Of a stretch of 64,000 bases of DNA, positions 50,565 to 60,597 are shown one piece after another. The translations under genes and the position numbers were made by a program. Source of the stretch: Nitrosopumilus sp. (GTDB taxonomy: Archaea; Thermoproteota; Nitrososphaeria; Nitrososphaerales; Nitrosopumilaceae). Below the pieces are notes generated by a model. It did not search any database, was not told the DNA's origin, and saw only the letters and a list, made by a program, of their open reading frames with translations. Numbering within the stretch: position 1 is the stretch's first letter; each line of letters starts with the position of its first letter. The DNA lies in contig OZ242041.1 in NCBI GenBank assembly GCA_965205215.1, positions 64,001-128,000 on the forward strand, written 5' to 3'.

Positions 50565-51707
50565 ATGCCTCAATCAGGAATTGTCAAGTATCATGTTAAG
50601 CTTTCCTTCGATGTTGACGGGCTCGTTGAACGACCAGATATAATCGGCGCAATCTTCGGTCAAACCGAAGGCTTGATGGGTCCCGAAATGAACCTAAACG
50701 AGCTGCAGCGCGCCTCAAAGGTCGGTCGCATAGAGGTCAACATCAAGACCACGTCCAACGCCACCTCTGGCGAGGTCATACTGCCAATGAGCACCGACAT
50801 AGACGTCTGTGCCCTTATAGCAGCCGCAATCGAGAACATCGACAAGGTGGGCCCGTTCGACACCCAGTTCAAGCTGAACTCAATAGACGACATCAGGGCA
50901 GCCAAGAAGGACGAGATCGTAAAGCGTGCCAAGGAGATCAAGCAGCGCTGGGCCACGAAGACCATCAGCGAGGGGGAGAGCATGATAAACGACGTGCACC
51001 ACGGAGACCAGGCGCGCCTGTCTACGTACGGCCCCTCAAACCTGACATGCAGTTCGGGACTAGAGTCCTCTGACTGGGTGATCCTGGTGGAAGGCAGGGC
51101 CGACGTCATCAACCTGCTGCGCGCCGGATACGACAACGCGATTGCAATCGAGGGGGCCAAGATAGACGAGTCCATCAAGGAGCTGTGCGCCTCAAAGGAC
51201 ACCGTAGTGGCATTCCTTGACGGCGACCGTTCGGGCGGATTCATACTAAAGGAGCTAAAGTCGCTTGTACGCGTCGACTATGAACTGCGCGCGGACCGCG
51301 GCGTAGAGGTCGAGGAGATGACCCCGCAGCGCATAGACGACATCCTGAGGCCCATCGCCGACGAGATAAAGGCGGAAGGCCAGACGCCGACGCTCAAAAA
51401 CGAGTCCGACAAGCCGCTTGCCGATCTGTCAGGGCGCATCCACAAGGAGATAAACGAGACCCTGGAGGCAGTTGCGCTAGACTCCAAGGAGGAGGTGGTG
51501 TTCAGGGTGCCGATAAGCGAGATCGTAAACAAGCTCTCAAACCAGTCGGATATCGCATATCTGCTGCTTGACGGGATAATAACGCAGCGCCTTCTCAACG
51601 GCGCGCGCAAGGCCGGCGTAAAGTACGTGATTGGGCACCGCATTGCCAAGCTTACCGACACCGAGGGGCTAGTACTGCGCACCTTTGGCGAGCTTGGGGT
51701 ATCTTGA
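50565..51707 (+). CDS. dnaG: Archaeal DnaG (primase-like/exosome subunit)
   Basis: GAIFGQTEGL, VEGRADV, LDGDRSG, DGIITQRL. Confidence 0.97.
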   Translation: MPQSGIVKYHVKLSFDVDGLVERPDIIGAIFGQTEGLMGPEMNLNELQRASKVGRIEVNIKTTSNATSGEVILPMSTDIDVCALIAAAIENIDKVGPFDTQFKLNSIDDIRAAKKDEIVKRAKEIKQRWATKTISEGESMINDVHHGDQARLSTYGPSNLTCSSGLESSDWVILVEGRADVINLLRAGYDNAIAIEGAKIDESIKELCASKDTVVAFLDGDRSGGFILKELKSLVRVDYELRADRGVEVEEMTPQRIDDILRPIADEIKAEGQTPTLKNESDKPLADLSGRIHKEINETLEAVALDSKEEVVFRVPISEIVNKLSNQSDIAYLLLDGIITQRLLNGARKAGVKYVIGHRIAKLTDTEGLVLRTFGELGVS

Positions 51708-52636
51708 GCGCCGATAACAGAGGCAAGAGAAGTAGCGGCGGCGGCGCCAGCATCGACAAAAGACGGCGGCAGTCCCCTGCCGGCGGTAGGCATTCTGGAA
51801 GACCCGGCTCCAAAAACGGCGCCGGCGCGCGCGACTCGCCAACGCTTGACACCGGCAGGCTGCACGTCCACCACATCACCACGCTTGCATACCTCCTCTC
51901 GAGGGGCGCAAGGCACAACTACGTGGAGATGACCACCAAGGAGCTGGGGCGCAAAATCTCAAAGTCACAGCAGTCCGCCTCGAGGCACCTTGCGGATCTG
52001 GAGCGCGACGGCCTGATAGAGCGCGGGCCGCCTGCCCCAACCGGCGGCGGAGGCGATGGCGCCGCGTCCAGTCGCGGCAGCCACACGTCCGTCCGCGTCA
52101 CGCGGCGCGGGTTCGAGGAACTTGAAAGGCTCTCATCCGTGCTGAGGGACAGCATCGCACCCGTCGATTCTGCAGATCCCGCGCGAATAACCCTGTCCGG
52201 CGTGCTGGTCTCCGGAATGGGCGAGGGCGCATACTATATGACGCTTGACGGGTACACGCGGCAGTTCCGCTCAAAGGTAGGGTACGTGCCCTTTCCGGGA
52301 ACGCTCAATGTGCGCCTGGGTGGCCGCAGGCACATGGAGGCAGTCAGGAGGCTAAAGTCCGAGCGCGCGGGCAAGATGATCGATAGCTTTTCTGACGGTC
52401 GGCGCACATACGGATGGGCAATATGCTACCCGGCCCTGCTCCGGGCTGGCCCCGCCGCCGCCGGCGGCGGCGACACGGCAGACTCCAAGACGGCCGAGGT
52501 GCAGTGTGACTTGATCACCTTGGAGAGGACGCACCATGACGACTCGATAATCGAGCTGATATCCGCTGTCTGCATACGGGAGGCCACAGGGATCTCCGAC
52601 GGGTCGGACGTTACGGTTGAGATACTGCCCGAATGA
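51704..52636 (+). CDS. ribK: CTP-dependent riboflavin kinase with N-terminal wHTH
   Basis: SQQSASRHL HTH; SGMGEG, PFPGTLN, ERTHH. Confidence 0.92.
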   Translation: MSADNRGKRSSGGGASIDKRRRQSPAGGRHSGRPGSKNGAGARDSPTLDTGRLHVHHITTLAYLLSRGARHNYVEMTTKELGRKISKSQQSASRHLADLERDGLIERGPPAPTGGGGDGAASSRGSHTSVRVTRRGFEELERLSSVLRDSIAPVDSADPARITLSGVLVSGMGEGAYYMTLDGYTRQFRSKVGYVPFPGTLNVRLGGRRHMEAVRRLKSERAGKMIDSFSDGRRTYGWAICYPALLRAGPAAAGGGDTADSKTAEVQCDLITLERTHHDDSIIELISAVCIREATGISDGSDVTVEILPE

Positions 52637-52735
52637 GGGGAGAGGGCTTCGTGCCGGTGGCAGGTAGCGCCGCGGTTATTGCTGCTGCTGCCGCTGCTGC
52701 TAACACCGTCCCTGCAATACGATCTGGTTCCACCT

Positions 52736-53947
52736 TCACAGTTCCGCCTTTGCCTCGTCGGCCCTGTCTCCGGTCTCAAGCCCCTTTAGCAGCCTGAGCG
52801 CGTCGGCCAGACCGTCGGCGTACCCTATGCTCAATACTGCCACGTCTCCGTGTCCCTCCTTTCTTATGAAATCTTCCGCGTCGTTCACGTACAGTCTGGC
52901 ATTCTCCAGAATCCCGCTCATTGCGCTGTCGCCTGCGCAGCGCGCCGAGACCTCCTCTATAGATCTCCGTATCATCGGGGCGTACTTTGCAACCATCTGC
53001 TCTGCTATGCGGGCAGGGGCGTTGGGCCCGCCGCGCCACGGCGCATCCTCCGCCTCCTGCGGCCGCCGTGCCGAATCACCGTCTGCGCAGGGGGGCGGAT
53101 CGATGCATTCGGCCAGCGTGGCCAGGGCATCGGCCTCCGTAAAGTGCAACCTGCCGGGGATGATCACGCTGTGGGGCGGGCTCCCGAACCCCTCCCTTGC
53201 GACCAGGCTTGATACCTTTCCGGCCACTATGCGCTGCTGCCGGTCCCCGAACCCCACCCTTGACGCCACTATGGCATACGTGTCGCCGTACACCACGCCC
53301 CTTTGCTGGCCCTCCTCCGCATTTAGGAGCATCCTAAGCGCGTCGGCCGGCTCTAGAAAGAAGTCCCCCGGGCCGTCCAGCTCCGTGCCCTCGCGGTCGT
53401 ATTCGAGCAGGAGCATCGTATGGCACCGCTCTATCAGGTTCTTGTATATGGTATAGTAGGGAGTGGTCATCGACTTTGGGTCCCTCATTACGGTGGCCAT
53501 CCTGCCCATCTTGTAGTGGTGCAGGCCGCACTGGCCCACAACTGAGGAGGGCGCCGAAGAGGCGTGTATGACGCGGGTGTCGATGCCCTGCCTTGCGGCC
53601 CTGCAGAGCAGTTCTGCATGGGTGGTTGCGACCAGTGGATCTCCGTACGACAGCAGGACCACGTTCCTTGACTCTGCCTCCTTCAGTATCCGGGCCCCGT
53701 CCTCAACCATCCACCTCTTCGCGTCTCTTATCTCGGCGCGGCTGCGATTGTCGACTCCGCCGGCGACGTCCCCTACAATGTCACGTGCAAGCGCGGTGAG
53801 TCCGCCCGCGCTGTCCGTCGACGCCGTCCGCGGCGTCGGGCTTGTAAACTGCTCTGCATATATCACGTCTGCCCCGCGCAGTGCTTCGGCGCCCCCCATC
53901 GGTATGGACTCCGTCCCCGATATGCCCATCCCGACAAGCCAGAGCAT
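52736..53947 (-). CDS. dph5: Diphthine synthase with C-terminal DUF357-like domain
   Basis: VGMG, GDPLVATTH, PPHSVIIPG.LHFTE; tail Y..DA..F...AVLSIGYADGL. Confidence 0.92.
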   Translation of the reverse strand: MLWLVGMGISGTESIPMGGAEALRGADVIYAEQFTSPTPRTASTDSAGGLTALARDIVGDVAGGVDNRSRAEIRDAKRWMVEDGARILKEAESRNVVLLSYGDPLVATTHAELLCRAARQGIDTRVIHASSAPSSVVGQCGLHHYKMGRMATVMRDPKSMTTPYYTIYKNLIERCHTMLLLEYDREGTELDGPGDFFLEPADALRMLLNAEEGQQRGVVYGDTYAIVASRVGFGDRQQRIVAGKVSSLVAREGFGSPPHSVIIPGRLHFTEADALATLAECIDPPPCADGDSARRPQEAEDAPWRGGPNAPARIAEQMVAKYAPMIRRSIEEVSARCAGDSAMSGILENARLYVNDAEDFIRKEGHGDVAVLSIGYADGLADALRLLKGLETGDRADEAKAEL

Positions 53948-55095
53948 TACCCCGACCTCGCCTCTCTTGCCACCTTTTTGTCGTGAAGAACCTTTAGCTT
54001 TTTGAGGGTCACCTTTAGTATCTCGATCCCCCGGAGGTATTCGGTTATCGACACCTTTTCGTCTTTCGTGTGTGACTCGTGCGGATCACCCGGGCCATAC
54101 GTCACGACGGGTATCTTCCACTGGTATCCGAGCACGTTCATGTCGCCCGTCCCGGTCTTTCGGACAAGCAGCGGGCGCTCGTCTTCCATCTCCAGTATGC
54201 CCAGCGTAAAGGCCCTGACCAGGGGCGAGTTGTGCGGGGCCTCAAAGGGCTCGGTCTCGTCCAGTATAGAGTAGAACGGGTCGACCCCGAGCTGCCGGCC
54301 GGCCTCACGGACCAGGGTCGCGACCCGCCGCTCGGTCTCCTTGCAGCTGCCGCCCACCGGTATCCGGATGTCAAATGTCGTCTCGCACTCAGAGGGCGTG
54401 ACGTTGTGACTCGTGCCGCCCTTGATCATCGTTATGGTGGCAGTCAGTATGGCCCCCTTGCTCTTTCCCTCCTGGCCGCCCTCCAGCTCCTCCTTGAGCT
54501 TTGTCGCAAAGGCCATGGACTCGGTGATGGCGTTCTTTGAGAGCCACGGCGCGCTCGCGTGCGAGCTGTCCTTTGAGCGCACACGGAGGTTTATGGCAAG
54601 CCTTCCCTTGTACGCTATTGTGACCTGCTTGATGCCGCTTGGCTCGCCGAATATGGCATAGTCGGCGTCCATCCTCTCCTGTACCAGGTTCTTGATTCCA
54701 GTCGCGTTTCCCTCCTCGTCTATGGCGCCGACAAACGTTATGGTGCCGCTGCCCTCCGGCATTCCGGCGGCCGCAAAGAGCATCGCCATCAGGGGGGCCT
54801 TTGCATCAGACGCCCCGCGTCCGTACATGTAATCGCCCTCTATCCGGACCGGCACCTTTCCGGGCACTACGTCCATGTGTCCGCACAGTATGATGTTGGG
54901 CGAGCCGCTCCCCCTCTTGGCAATGACGTTTCCCACCTCGTCGACTCGGATGTCCTCGAACCCCAGCTCGCCGCACTTTGCGACCAGGAACTCCGCCATG
55001 GGGCCCTCGTGCTTGGAGAGCGTGTACAGGTCGAGGGCCTCTCTGAGCATCCTAGTCTCGTATCTTTCTGCGGCCGATGCAGTCGCGTCCCGCAT
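53947..55095 (-). CDS. lysK: [LysW]-lysine/[LysW]-ornithine hydrolase (M20)
   Basis: GHMDVV, GRGASDAK, DEE, TGTGDMN, YGPGD..H; start re-placed to 55095. Confidence 0.92.
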   Translation of the reverse strand: MRDATASAAERYETRMLREALDLYTLSKHEGPMAEFLVAKCGELGFEDIRVDEVGNVIAKRGSGSPNIILCGHMDVVPGKVPVRIEGDYMYGRGASDAKAPLMAMLFAAAGMPEGSGTITFVGAIDEEGNATGIKNLVQERMDADYAIFGEPSGIKQVTIAYKGRLAINLRVRSKDSSHASAPWLSKNAITESMAFATKLKEELEGGQEGKSKGAILTATITMIKGGTSHNVTPSECETTFDIRIPVGGSCKETERRVATLVREAGRQLGVDPFYSILDETEPFEAPHNSPLVRAFTLGILEMEDERPLLVRKTGTGDMNVLGYQWKIPVVTYGPGDPHESHTKDEKVSITEYLRGIEILKVTLKKLKVLHDKKVAREARSG

Positions 55096-55133
55096 AGTCG
55101 TCACTTCCTCTGCTGCTGGCGAATCCACATGCG

Positions 55134-56045
55134 TCACTTCCTCTGCTCTCTTACAGCAAACTCTAACATCATCTTCGGTATGTCCACGTTGCATACCCTG
55201 ACGGTGTTCTTGTACTCCGTCGTGTTGTTTATCTCATGCACCACAAGCCCGCGCGACTCGTCCTCCATGAGGTCAACCCCGACTATGTCGCCGTGCACGG
55301 CCTCCTTTGCCTTTGCGCATATCTGCTCCATCTCCTGCGTCACCTTGCACGGGTCGGCCCTGCCGCCGAGCGCCGTATTGGTCTTCCAGTTATCCCCCTC
55401 CGACGTCCTGTATATGGCCGCCACGACCTCGTCCCCCACTACGATGGCCCTGATGTCCCTCGGGGGCCTCTTGACGAACTCCTCCAGGTAGTGGGTGTGG
55501 TGTATCGGATACATGTACTCCCTTCCCTCTATGATCCCTTCTGCCGCGTCCATGTCGGTCAGCTTTGAGACCAGCCTACCCCAGCTGCCGACTGTCGGCT
55601 TTATCACAGCCGGAAGGCCGGTCTCCCTCAGGTGCGACATGGCCGCATCCTTTGAGAACGCCACCGTCGCGCTCGGCGTCCGCACGCCGGCCCTTGCAAG
55701 GAGCATGTGGGTGAAGAGCTTGTTTCCCGCCAAGATGCCGGTCTGCAGGCAGTTGACCACCCTGGCGCCCAGCCCCTCTAGGGCGGCAGTCGAGTGGAGG
55801 TTTCTGTAGTAGCTGACGCATCTCTGCAGTATGGTCCCGTATTCGGAGGCGGGATCCGCGTGCGGGGCGCCACCGCCACCGCCGTCGTCGTGGCTGTTGC
55901 CACCGCCGCCTCCCGACCCGATGTCCAGCGCTAGGCTTCTGCAATCAAGCATGCGTACGTTGATGTCCGCCTTCCTGCCTGCCTCCAATAGGGCTTTCTC
56001 CTCCCATCGGATGGTATCATAAAGAACGGTAATGTCAGGATTCAC
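55134..56045 (-). CDS. lysX: LysW ligase (ATP-grasp, RimK family)
   Basis: IRWEEK, QRCVS, KPTVGSWGR, WKTNTALG, EINNT.E; GTG start overlaps the lysW stop. Confidence 0.93.
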   Translation of the reverse strand: MNPDITVLYDTIRWEEKALLEAGRKADINVRMLDCRSLALDIGSGGGGGNSHDDGGGGGAPHADPASEYGTILQRCVSYYRNLHSTAALEGLGARVVNCLQTGILAGNKLFTHMLLARAGVRTPSATVAFSKDAAMSHLRETGLPAVIKPTVGSWGRLVSKLTDMDAAEGIIEGREYMYPIHHTHYLEEFVKRPPRDIRAIVVGDEVVAAIYRTSEGDNWKTNTALGGRADPCKVTQEMEQICAKAKEAVHGDIVGVDLMEDESRGLVVHEINNTTEYKNTVRVCNVDIPKMMLEFAVREQRK

Positions 56046-56209
56046 TGCCCCCAATCCTCGCCGACCGTCTGAGCTGGCCTGAGATCAAAACCGTTCGTAC
56101 CAGTCTTAAGCTCAAAGCTTGCGCCGCATTCGGGGCACGTAACAATCTCTCCCTCTAACGCATCGGCCGGAACGGGGATCTCTGCATCGCATTCCTCGCA
56201 GTTTGACAT
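56042..56209 (-). CDS. lysW: LysW-type carrier protein ending EDWGQ (55 aa)
   Basis: Hand-translated MSNCEECDAEIPVPADALEGEIVTCPECGASFELKTGTNGFDLRPAQTVGEDWGQ. Confidence 0.92.
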   Translation of the reverse strand: MSNCEECDAEIPVPADALEGEIVTCPECGASFELKTGTNGFDLRPAQTVGEDWGQ

Positions 56210-56341
56210 GCATCCAGTCTCCCATTACGTGTTTATCACAGTTGCGATCCGTCAGAAGGACGGAGTCGCGCTGCGCGCCGGATTTGTCGCACGCCGTACA
56301 TGCTTTCTCTCATCATCATCATCCTCCTCCCATGCCCCGAA

Positions 56342-57622
56342 CTACTTGTCCGTGCCTGTCATCTTCCTCTCAAGCCTGTCGTCTATGGGCAGGTCGATCA
56401 AATCCCCCAGTCCGAGCCCCTTGAGCCCCGCTGCCACGGCCCTTGCCTGCTTGTCGCCTCCCGACGTCTCGAGTCCCAGCAGGGACATCAGGTACGCGGC
56501 GCCGGTCTTTCCGGCCAGTCCGCCGAACACTATCCTCCTCCTGTTGCCCACCGCCCTTGGGGGTATGGGCTCGTACGCGGCGGGGTTCCTCAGTATGGCG
56601 GCCAGGTGCGTGCCAGCCTTGTGCTTGTACGCCGATGATCCCACCACCGGCTTTGAGTCGTACGGGGGCATGCCGGTATAGTCCTCGATCAGCCTTGAGA
56701 GGTCCTGCAGCATGTCGAGCCTAAAGTCGTTGCCCGAGCTGTACAGGTACGTGAGGGCCACGGCCACTTCTGCCAGCGGAGGTATGCCAGTCCTCTCGCC
56801 AATCCCGTCAATGGTAGTGTGTATCTGGTCGACCCCCGCGTCGCACGCGGACAGGGCGTTTGCCACTGCAAGCCCCATGTCATTGTGGACGTGGACGTCA
56901 AGCGGCACGCTGATCTCGCTTCTCACGTATTTTACAAACTCGTACATTCCGGCCGGATGCATTATCCCCACAGTGTCCGGCAGGCTGATCCTGTCCACCT
57001 TTGCCTCCTCTATCTGCTTGCACAGCGACATGAGGAACTCGGGGTCGGCCCTGCTGCCGTCTTCCACGGTAAACCTGATGCTCAGCCCGTGCTTTTTTGC
57101 ATACTCCACGGTGTCGACTGCGCGCCGCGCGGCCTCCTGGCGCGTTATGCGGAGCTTGTCGCGGAGGTGGACGTCGGATACCCCGAGGTACGCGGCGCAC
57201 CACTTTGCGTCGCATCCGATCGAAACGTCGATGTCCTCCCTGATGGCCCTGCCGTGCGACACTATGTCGGCCTGCAGCCCCTGCTTTATGATGGTCTTAG
57301 TGGCCTCCCTGTGGTCGTCGGATATCACGGGCGATATCTCTATCTGGTCAACCCCAAAGTAGTCCAGCATCCACGCGATCTGGATCCGCTGCTTGTTTGT
57401 AAACGAGACCCCGGGATGCTGCTCGCCCTCCCTCAGGGTGCTGTCAAGGACGCGTATCTTTCTGCCCCCGTCCCCGGCGGGCCGGCCCGTCCTCTCCTCC
57501 AGCCCCCGCGCGTTGTAAGAGTACGCGTGGGCGTTGGGGTCGTCCTCACGCGGCGCGGACTGCCCGGCCTTCGGCTGGGCCCTCTTGCCCGTTGCGGGCT
57601 GCGCCCTCTTCCTCCCTGCCAT
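56342..57622 (-). CDS. hcs: Homocitrate synthase (LeuA family)
   Basis: DSTLREGEQ, PDTVG, HVHND, GIGERTG, HKAGTH; lies in the lysine operon. Confidence 0.88.
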   Translation of the reverse strand: MAGRKRAQPATGKRAQPKAGQSAPREDDPNAHAYSYNARGLEERTGRPAGDGGRKIRVLDSTLREGEQHPGVSFTNKQRIQIAWMLDYFGVDQIEISPVISDDHREATKTIIKQGLQADIVSHGRAIREDIDVSIGCDAKWCAAYLGVSDVHLRDKLRITRQEAARRAVDTVEYAKKHGLSIRFTVEDGSRADPEFLMSLCKQIEEAKVDRISLPDTVGIMHPAGMYEFVKYVRSEISVPLDVHVHNDMGLAVANALSACDAGVDQIHTTIDGIGERTGIPPLAEVAVALTYLYSSGNDFRLDMLQDLSRLIEDYTGMPPYDSKPVVGSSAYKHKAGTHLAAILRNPAAYEPIPPRAVGNRRRIVFGGLAGKTGAAYLMSLLGLETSGGDKQARAVAAGLKGLGLGDLIDLPIDDRLERKMTGTDK

Positions 57623-57734
57623 GTGTGACGCTGCCCGTCAAGGGAATATAAGCATAATCGTACATGATTCGCTGATATCATACGACGCTGCGACGATATT
57701 CGGCACATATACAGGTATACAAGACGGGTATCGT

Positions 57735-58172
57735 CTATGTTACCTTGTTGAGTATTATCACGGTGTTCGTGTCGGTCACGCCGCGTATCTTTCTGAGCGT
57801 GTCAATCGCCCTGTTGATGTCGGCCATGTTAGGCGCGCTGATTACTGCCGCAATGTCGTACTGGCCCGTGATCTCGTATACGATCTGCACCTCATCCAGC
57901 TTTGCCAGCCGGGCGGCCACCTTTGAGTTGTCCGTGGCAGAGTCAAGCGACGCGAGCACTATGGCGCTGGTCTGGTCCGACTCCCCCATCTCGATGGTGA
58001 ACCTCGAGATTACCTTTGCGTCAAGCAGGTTCCTGACTCTGCGGCGTATGGCCGACTCGGAGAGGCCCATCTTCTTTCCCAGATCGACGAACGACTCGCG
58101 CGAGTTTGCCCTGAGCGCGCGTATTATGTCACGGTCTATCTTGTCGCCGGGCGGCTGCGCCATCAGCAGCAC
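57735..58172 (-). CDS. lysM: Lrp/AsnC regulator LysM
   Basis: HTH SESAIRRRV; YEITGQYDI; lys cluster context. Confidence 0.9.
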   Translation of the reverse strand: MLLMAQPPGDKIDRDIIRALRANSRESFVDLGKKMGLSESAIRRRVRNLLDAKVISRFTIEMGESDQTSAIVLASLDSATDNSKVAARLAKLDEVQIVYEITGQYDIAAVISAPNMADINRAIDTLRKIRGVTDTNTVIILNKVT

Positions 58173-58209
58173 GCCTCCCGCGCGGTTCGCGTCGTTGCCG
58201 TCATGATAG

Positions 58210-59418
58210 TCACGCCCTGTCCCTCTGCTCCTCGGCCAGTACGGCGTCGAGCCCGTCTAAAACCTTTGCTGCTTGGTCCTCCGATATGACAAGTGGCGGG
58301 AGTATCCTCAGTATGTTACGGCCCGAGTACAGCATCAGTATGCCGCGATTCATAAGCCTCTCCAGTATCCTCCTCACCTCGAACTTTAGCTCCACGCCTA
58401 TCATGAGGCCCCTGCCGCGCACGTCCCTGATCATGCGGGGGTGCCTCTCCTTGAGGTTTAGGAGCCCGTCTGCAAATACCTTGCCCACCGCCGCAGAGTT
58501 CTCTACCAGGCCGTCCTGTGTCAGGGCGTCCAGCGTGGCGATCCCGGCCGCGCACGAGAGGGGGTTGCCGCCAAACGTCGAGGAGTGCTCCCCCTTTGAC
58601 ATTGCGCCTATTATCTCTGGCCTGGCAAGCGTGGCGCCCATCGGGACGCCGCCGGCGATGCCCTTTGCAAGGCACAGTATGTCCGGCGCCACGCCCCAGT
58701 GCTGGCAGGCCCACAGCTTTCCGGTCCTGCCGAGCCCGGCCTGTATCTCGTCAAACACCAGCAGGGCCCCGCGCTCGTCGCATATGCTCCGTGCCTCCTG
58801 CAGGAACCCGGGCGGCGCGACGTGTATGCCGCTCTCGCCCTGGATGGGCTCCATGATGACAAACGCGGTGTCATCGTCCACCGCCTGGCGCAGGGCGTCG
58901 GCGTCCCCGAACGGCGTGAACTCCACCCCCTCGATGAGGGGCTCGAACGGCCTGCGGTACTTTGGGCCGAACGTGATCGAGAGCGCGCCCAGCGACTTTC
59001 CGTGGTACGATCCCTTCATGGCTATCATTTTTTTGCGCCCCGTGTACTTTTTTGCAAACTTTATTGCGGCCTCTACTGCCTCGGCCCCGCTGTTGTTGAG
59101 GTGCACCTGCTTTAGCCCCTCCGGCGCCAGCCCCGTGATCTTTTCGAGGAACTTTTCCCGGGTCGGGTTGTACAGGGAGCTGTGCACCGTGATTATCTTG
59201 CCCGCCTGCTCGGCTATGGCGTCCGTGACGCGCCTGTTGCGGTGCCCCAGCAGCGCCACCCCGTATCCTGCCATGCAGTCTATGTACTGGCGGCCGTCAG
59301 TGTCCCACACGTCTGCCCCTTGGCCCCTCTCGACTGTGACTGGAAATCTCTGGTAGAGCCCGCCCATGTATGCGTCCTCGGCGCGGATGCTGCTGCTGCT
59401 GTTGTTGTTGTCAGTCAT
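58210..59418 (-). CDS. lysJ: [LysW]-semialdehyde aminotransferase (class III)
   Basis: True ATG 59418 overlaps the lysZ stop; NSGAEA, EPIQGE, DEIQAG, LAKG, TFGGNP. Confidence 0.93.
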   Translation of the reverse strand: MTDNNNSSSSIRAEDAYMGGLYQRFPVTVERGQGADVWDTDGRQYIDCMAGYGVALLGHRNRRVTDAIAEQAGKIITVHSSLYNPTREKFLEKITGLAPEGLKQVHLNNSGAEAVEAAIKFAKKYTGRKKMIAMKGSYHGKSLGALSITFGPKYRRPFEPLIEGVEFTPFGDADALRQAVDDDTAFVIMEPIQGESGIHVAPPGFLQEARSICDERGALLVFDEIQAGLGRTGKLWACQHWGVAPDILCLAKGIAGGVPMGATLARPEIIGAMSKGEHSSTFGGNPLSCAAGIATLDALTQDGLVENSAAVGKVFADGLLNLKERHPRMIRDVRGRGLMIGVELKFEVRRILERLMNRGILMLYSGRNILRILPPLVISEDQAAKVLDGLDAVLAEEQRDRA

Positions 59419-60215
59419 TTCCTGATCACCGTGCAGTTCTCTTCGGCTATGGCCCTTGATATGGGGTTTTCGCGCCGTCCGCTTGCAATAAGCGCCGTAC
59501 GGACCCCCATGTCGATTGCCTCGGTGGACGCCAGCACCTTCTTCTCCATGCCCGGCCCAATCTTTGGCATCGCGTCCCGCGCCTCCTGCCTTGACATGCT
59601 CGTCACAAGCCTGTCGTCTAGCATCAGCCCGTCCACGTTGGTTATGAAGAGCACCTTGTCGGATCCGGTGGCGCCCGCCACGTTCGCCGCGGCCCTGTCG
59701 CCGTCGACGTTGAGCATCTCGTACTCCTCGCTTATGGCGACCGGCGATATCACCGGGACGATCCCCTGCCCGAGCAGGCCCTTGATGAACCCCGAGTTTA
59801 CCTCCGATATCTTGCCCGTATATCCGCCGTCGATCGCCTGCTTGCGCCCCTTCTCGTTTACTATTATGAGTCTCTTTTTGCGCGCCGCCCTTATGGTGAG
59901 GGCGTCGGCCCCGGAGAGCCCGACCGCGTTTATCCCGTTCTGCTGGAGCAGCCTGACTATCTCCTTGTTTACCATTCCGGACATTACCATCGTGAATATG
60001 CGCGCGGTCTCCCTGTCCGTATACCTGCTCCTGATCCCGCTCGGGGAGGTCACAAACTTGGGCTCGACTCCCATCTGCTCGCATACGCTTGTCACGGCCT
60101 TGCCGCCGCCGTGTACTATAATGACGCTCTCGCAGTCGGCCACCCTCTTGATGTCGGATATGGCCGACGGGTGCATCTCGTCGACCACGCTTCCGCCAAT
60201 CTTTATGGTGATCAT
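59415..60215 (-). CDS. lysZ: [LysW]-aminoadipate/glutamate kinase
   Basis: KIGGS, VHGGG, SRYTD, NVDGD, GMEKK. Confidence 0.94.
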   Translation of the reverse strand: MITIKIGGSVVDEMHPSAISDIKRVADCESVIIVHGGGKAVTSVCEQMGVEPKFVTSPSGIRSRYTDRETARIFTMVMSGMVNKEIVRLLQQNGINAVGLSGADALTIRAARKKRLIIVNEKGRKQAIDGGYTGKISEVNSGFIKGLLGQGIVPVISPVAISEEYEMLNVDGDRAAANVAGATGSDKVLFITNVDGLMLDDRLVTSMSRQEARDAMPKIGPGMEKKVLASTEAIDMGVRTALIASGRRENPISRAIAEENCTVIRK

Positions 60216-60597
60216 CTTCTACTGTGCCCCCGCCGCGCCGTCAATAATAACGGTACGTACGCCCCGGCAGCGGATACGGGGCACGTGATTGCAGTGCGAG
60301 TATGACGGCTGCCGCCTGTTCTGTATACCGTGCTGCCAGCAGCAGCAAAGATGTAGCAGGCACATCTACACGAGGGATATCCTCCAACCAGTCAGGCGGG
60401 GGCAGGATCCGTAAGAATTTTGTTGAAGTTGGTTTAGTGGCCTGTATGACGGCCCTACCCAGACAGATGCCCTGTTCAACCCGGACGTCCGGGTTGACGG
60501 CCCGGCGGAACAAGCAACGTGCGCACACCCAGAGACCAGACAGGGGCGCCGCCAGAGACATGCAGAGTCTGGGATTTGGCTTCGGAGGCAATGTTTC

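Noticed and set aside
59419-60084. 624-aa ORF suggesting an N-terminally extended aminotransferase
   Set aside because: The extension is an off-frame overlap of lysZ; true start is ATG 59418.
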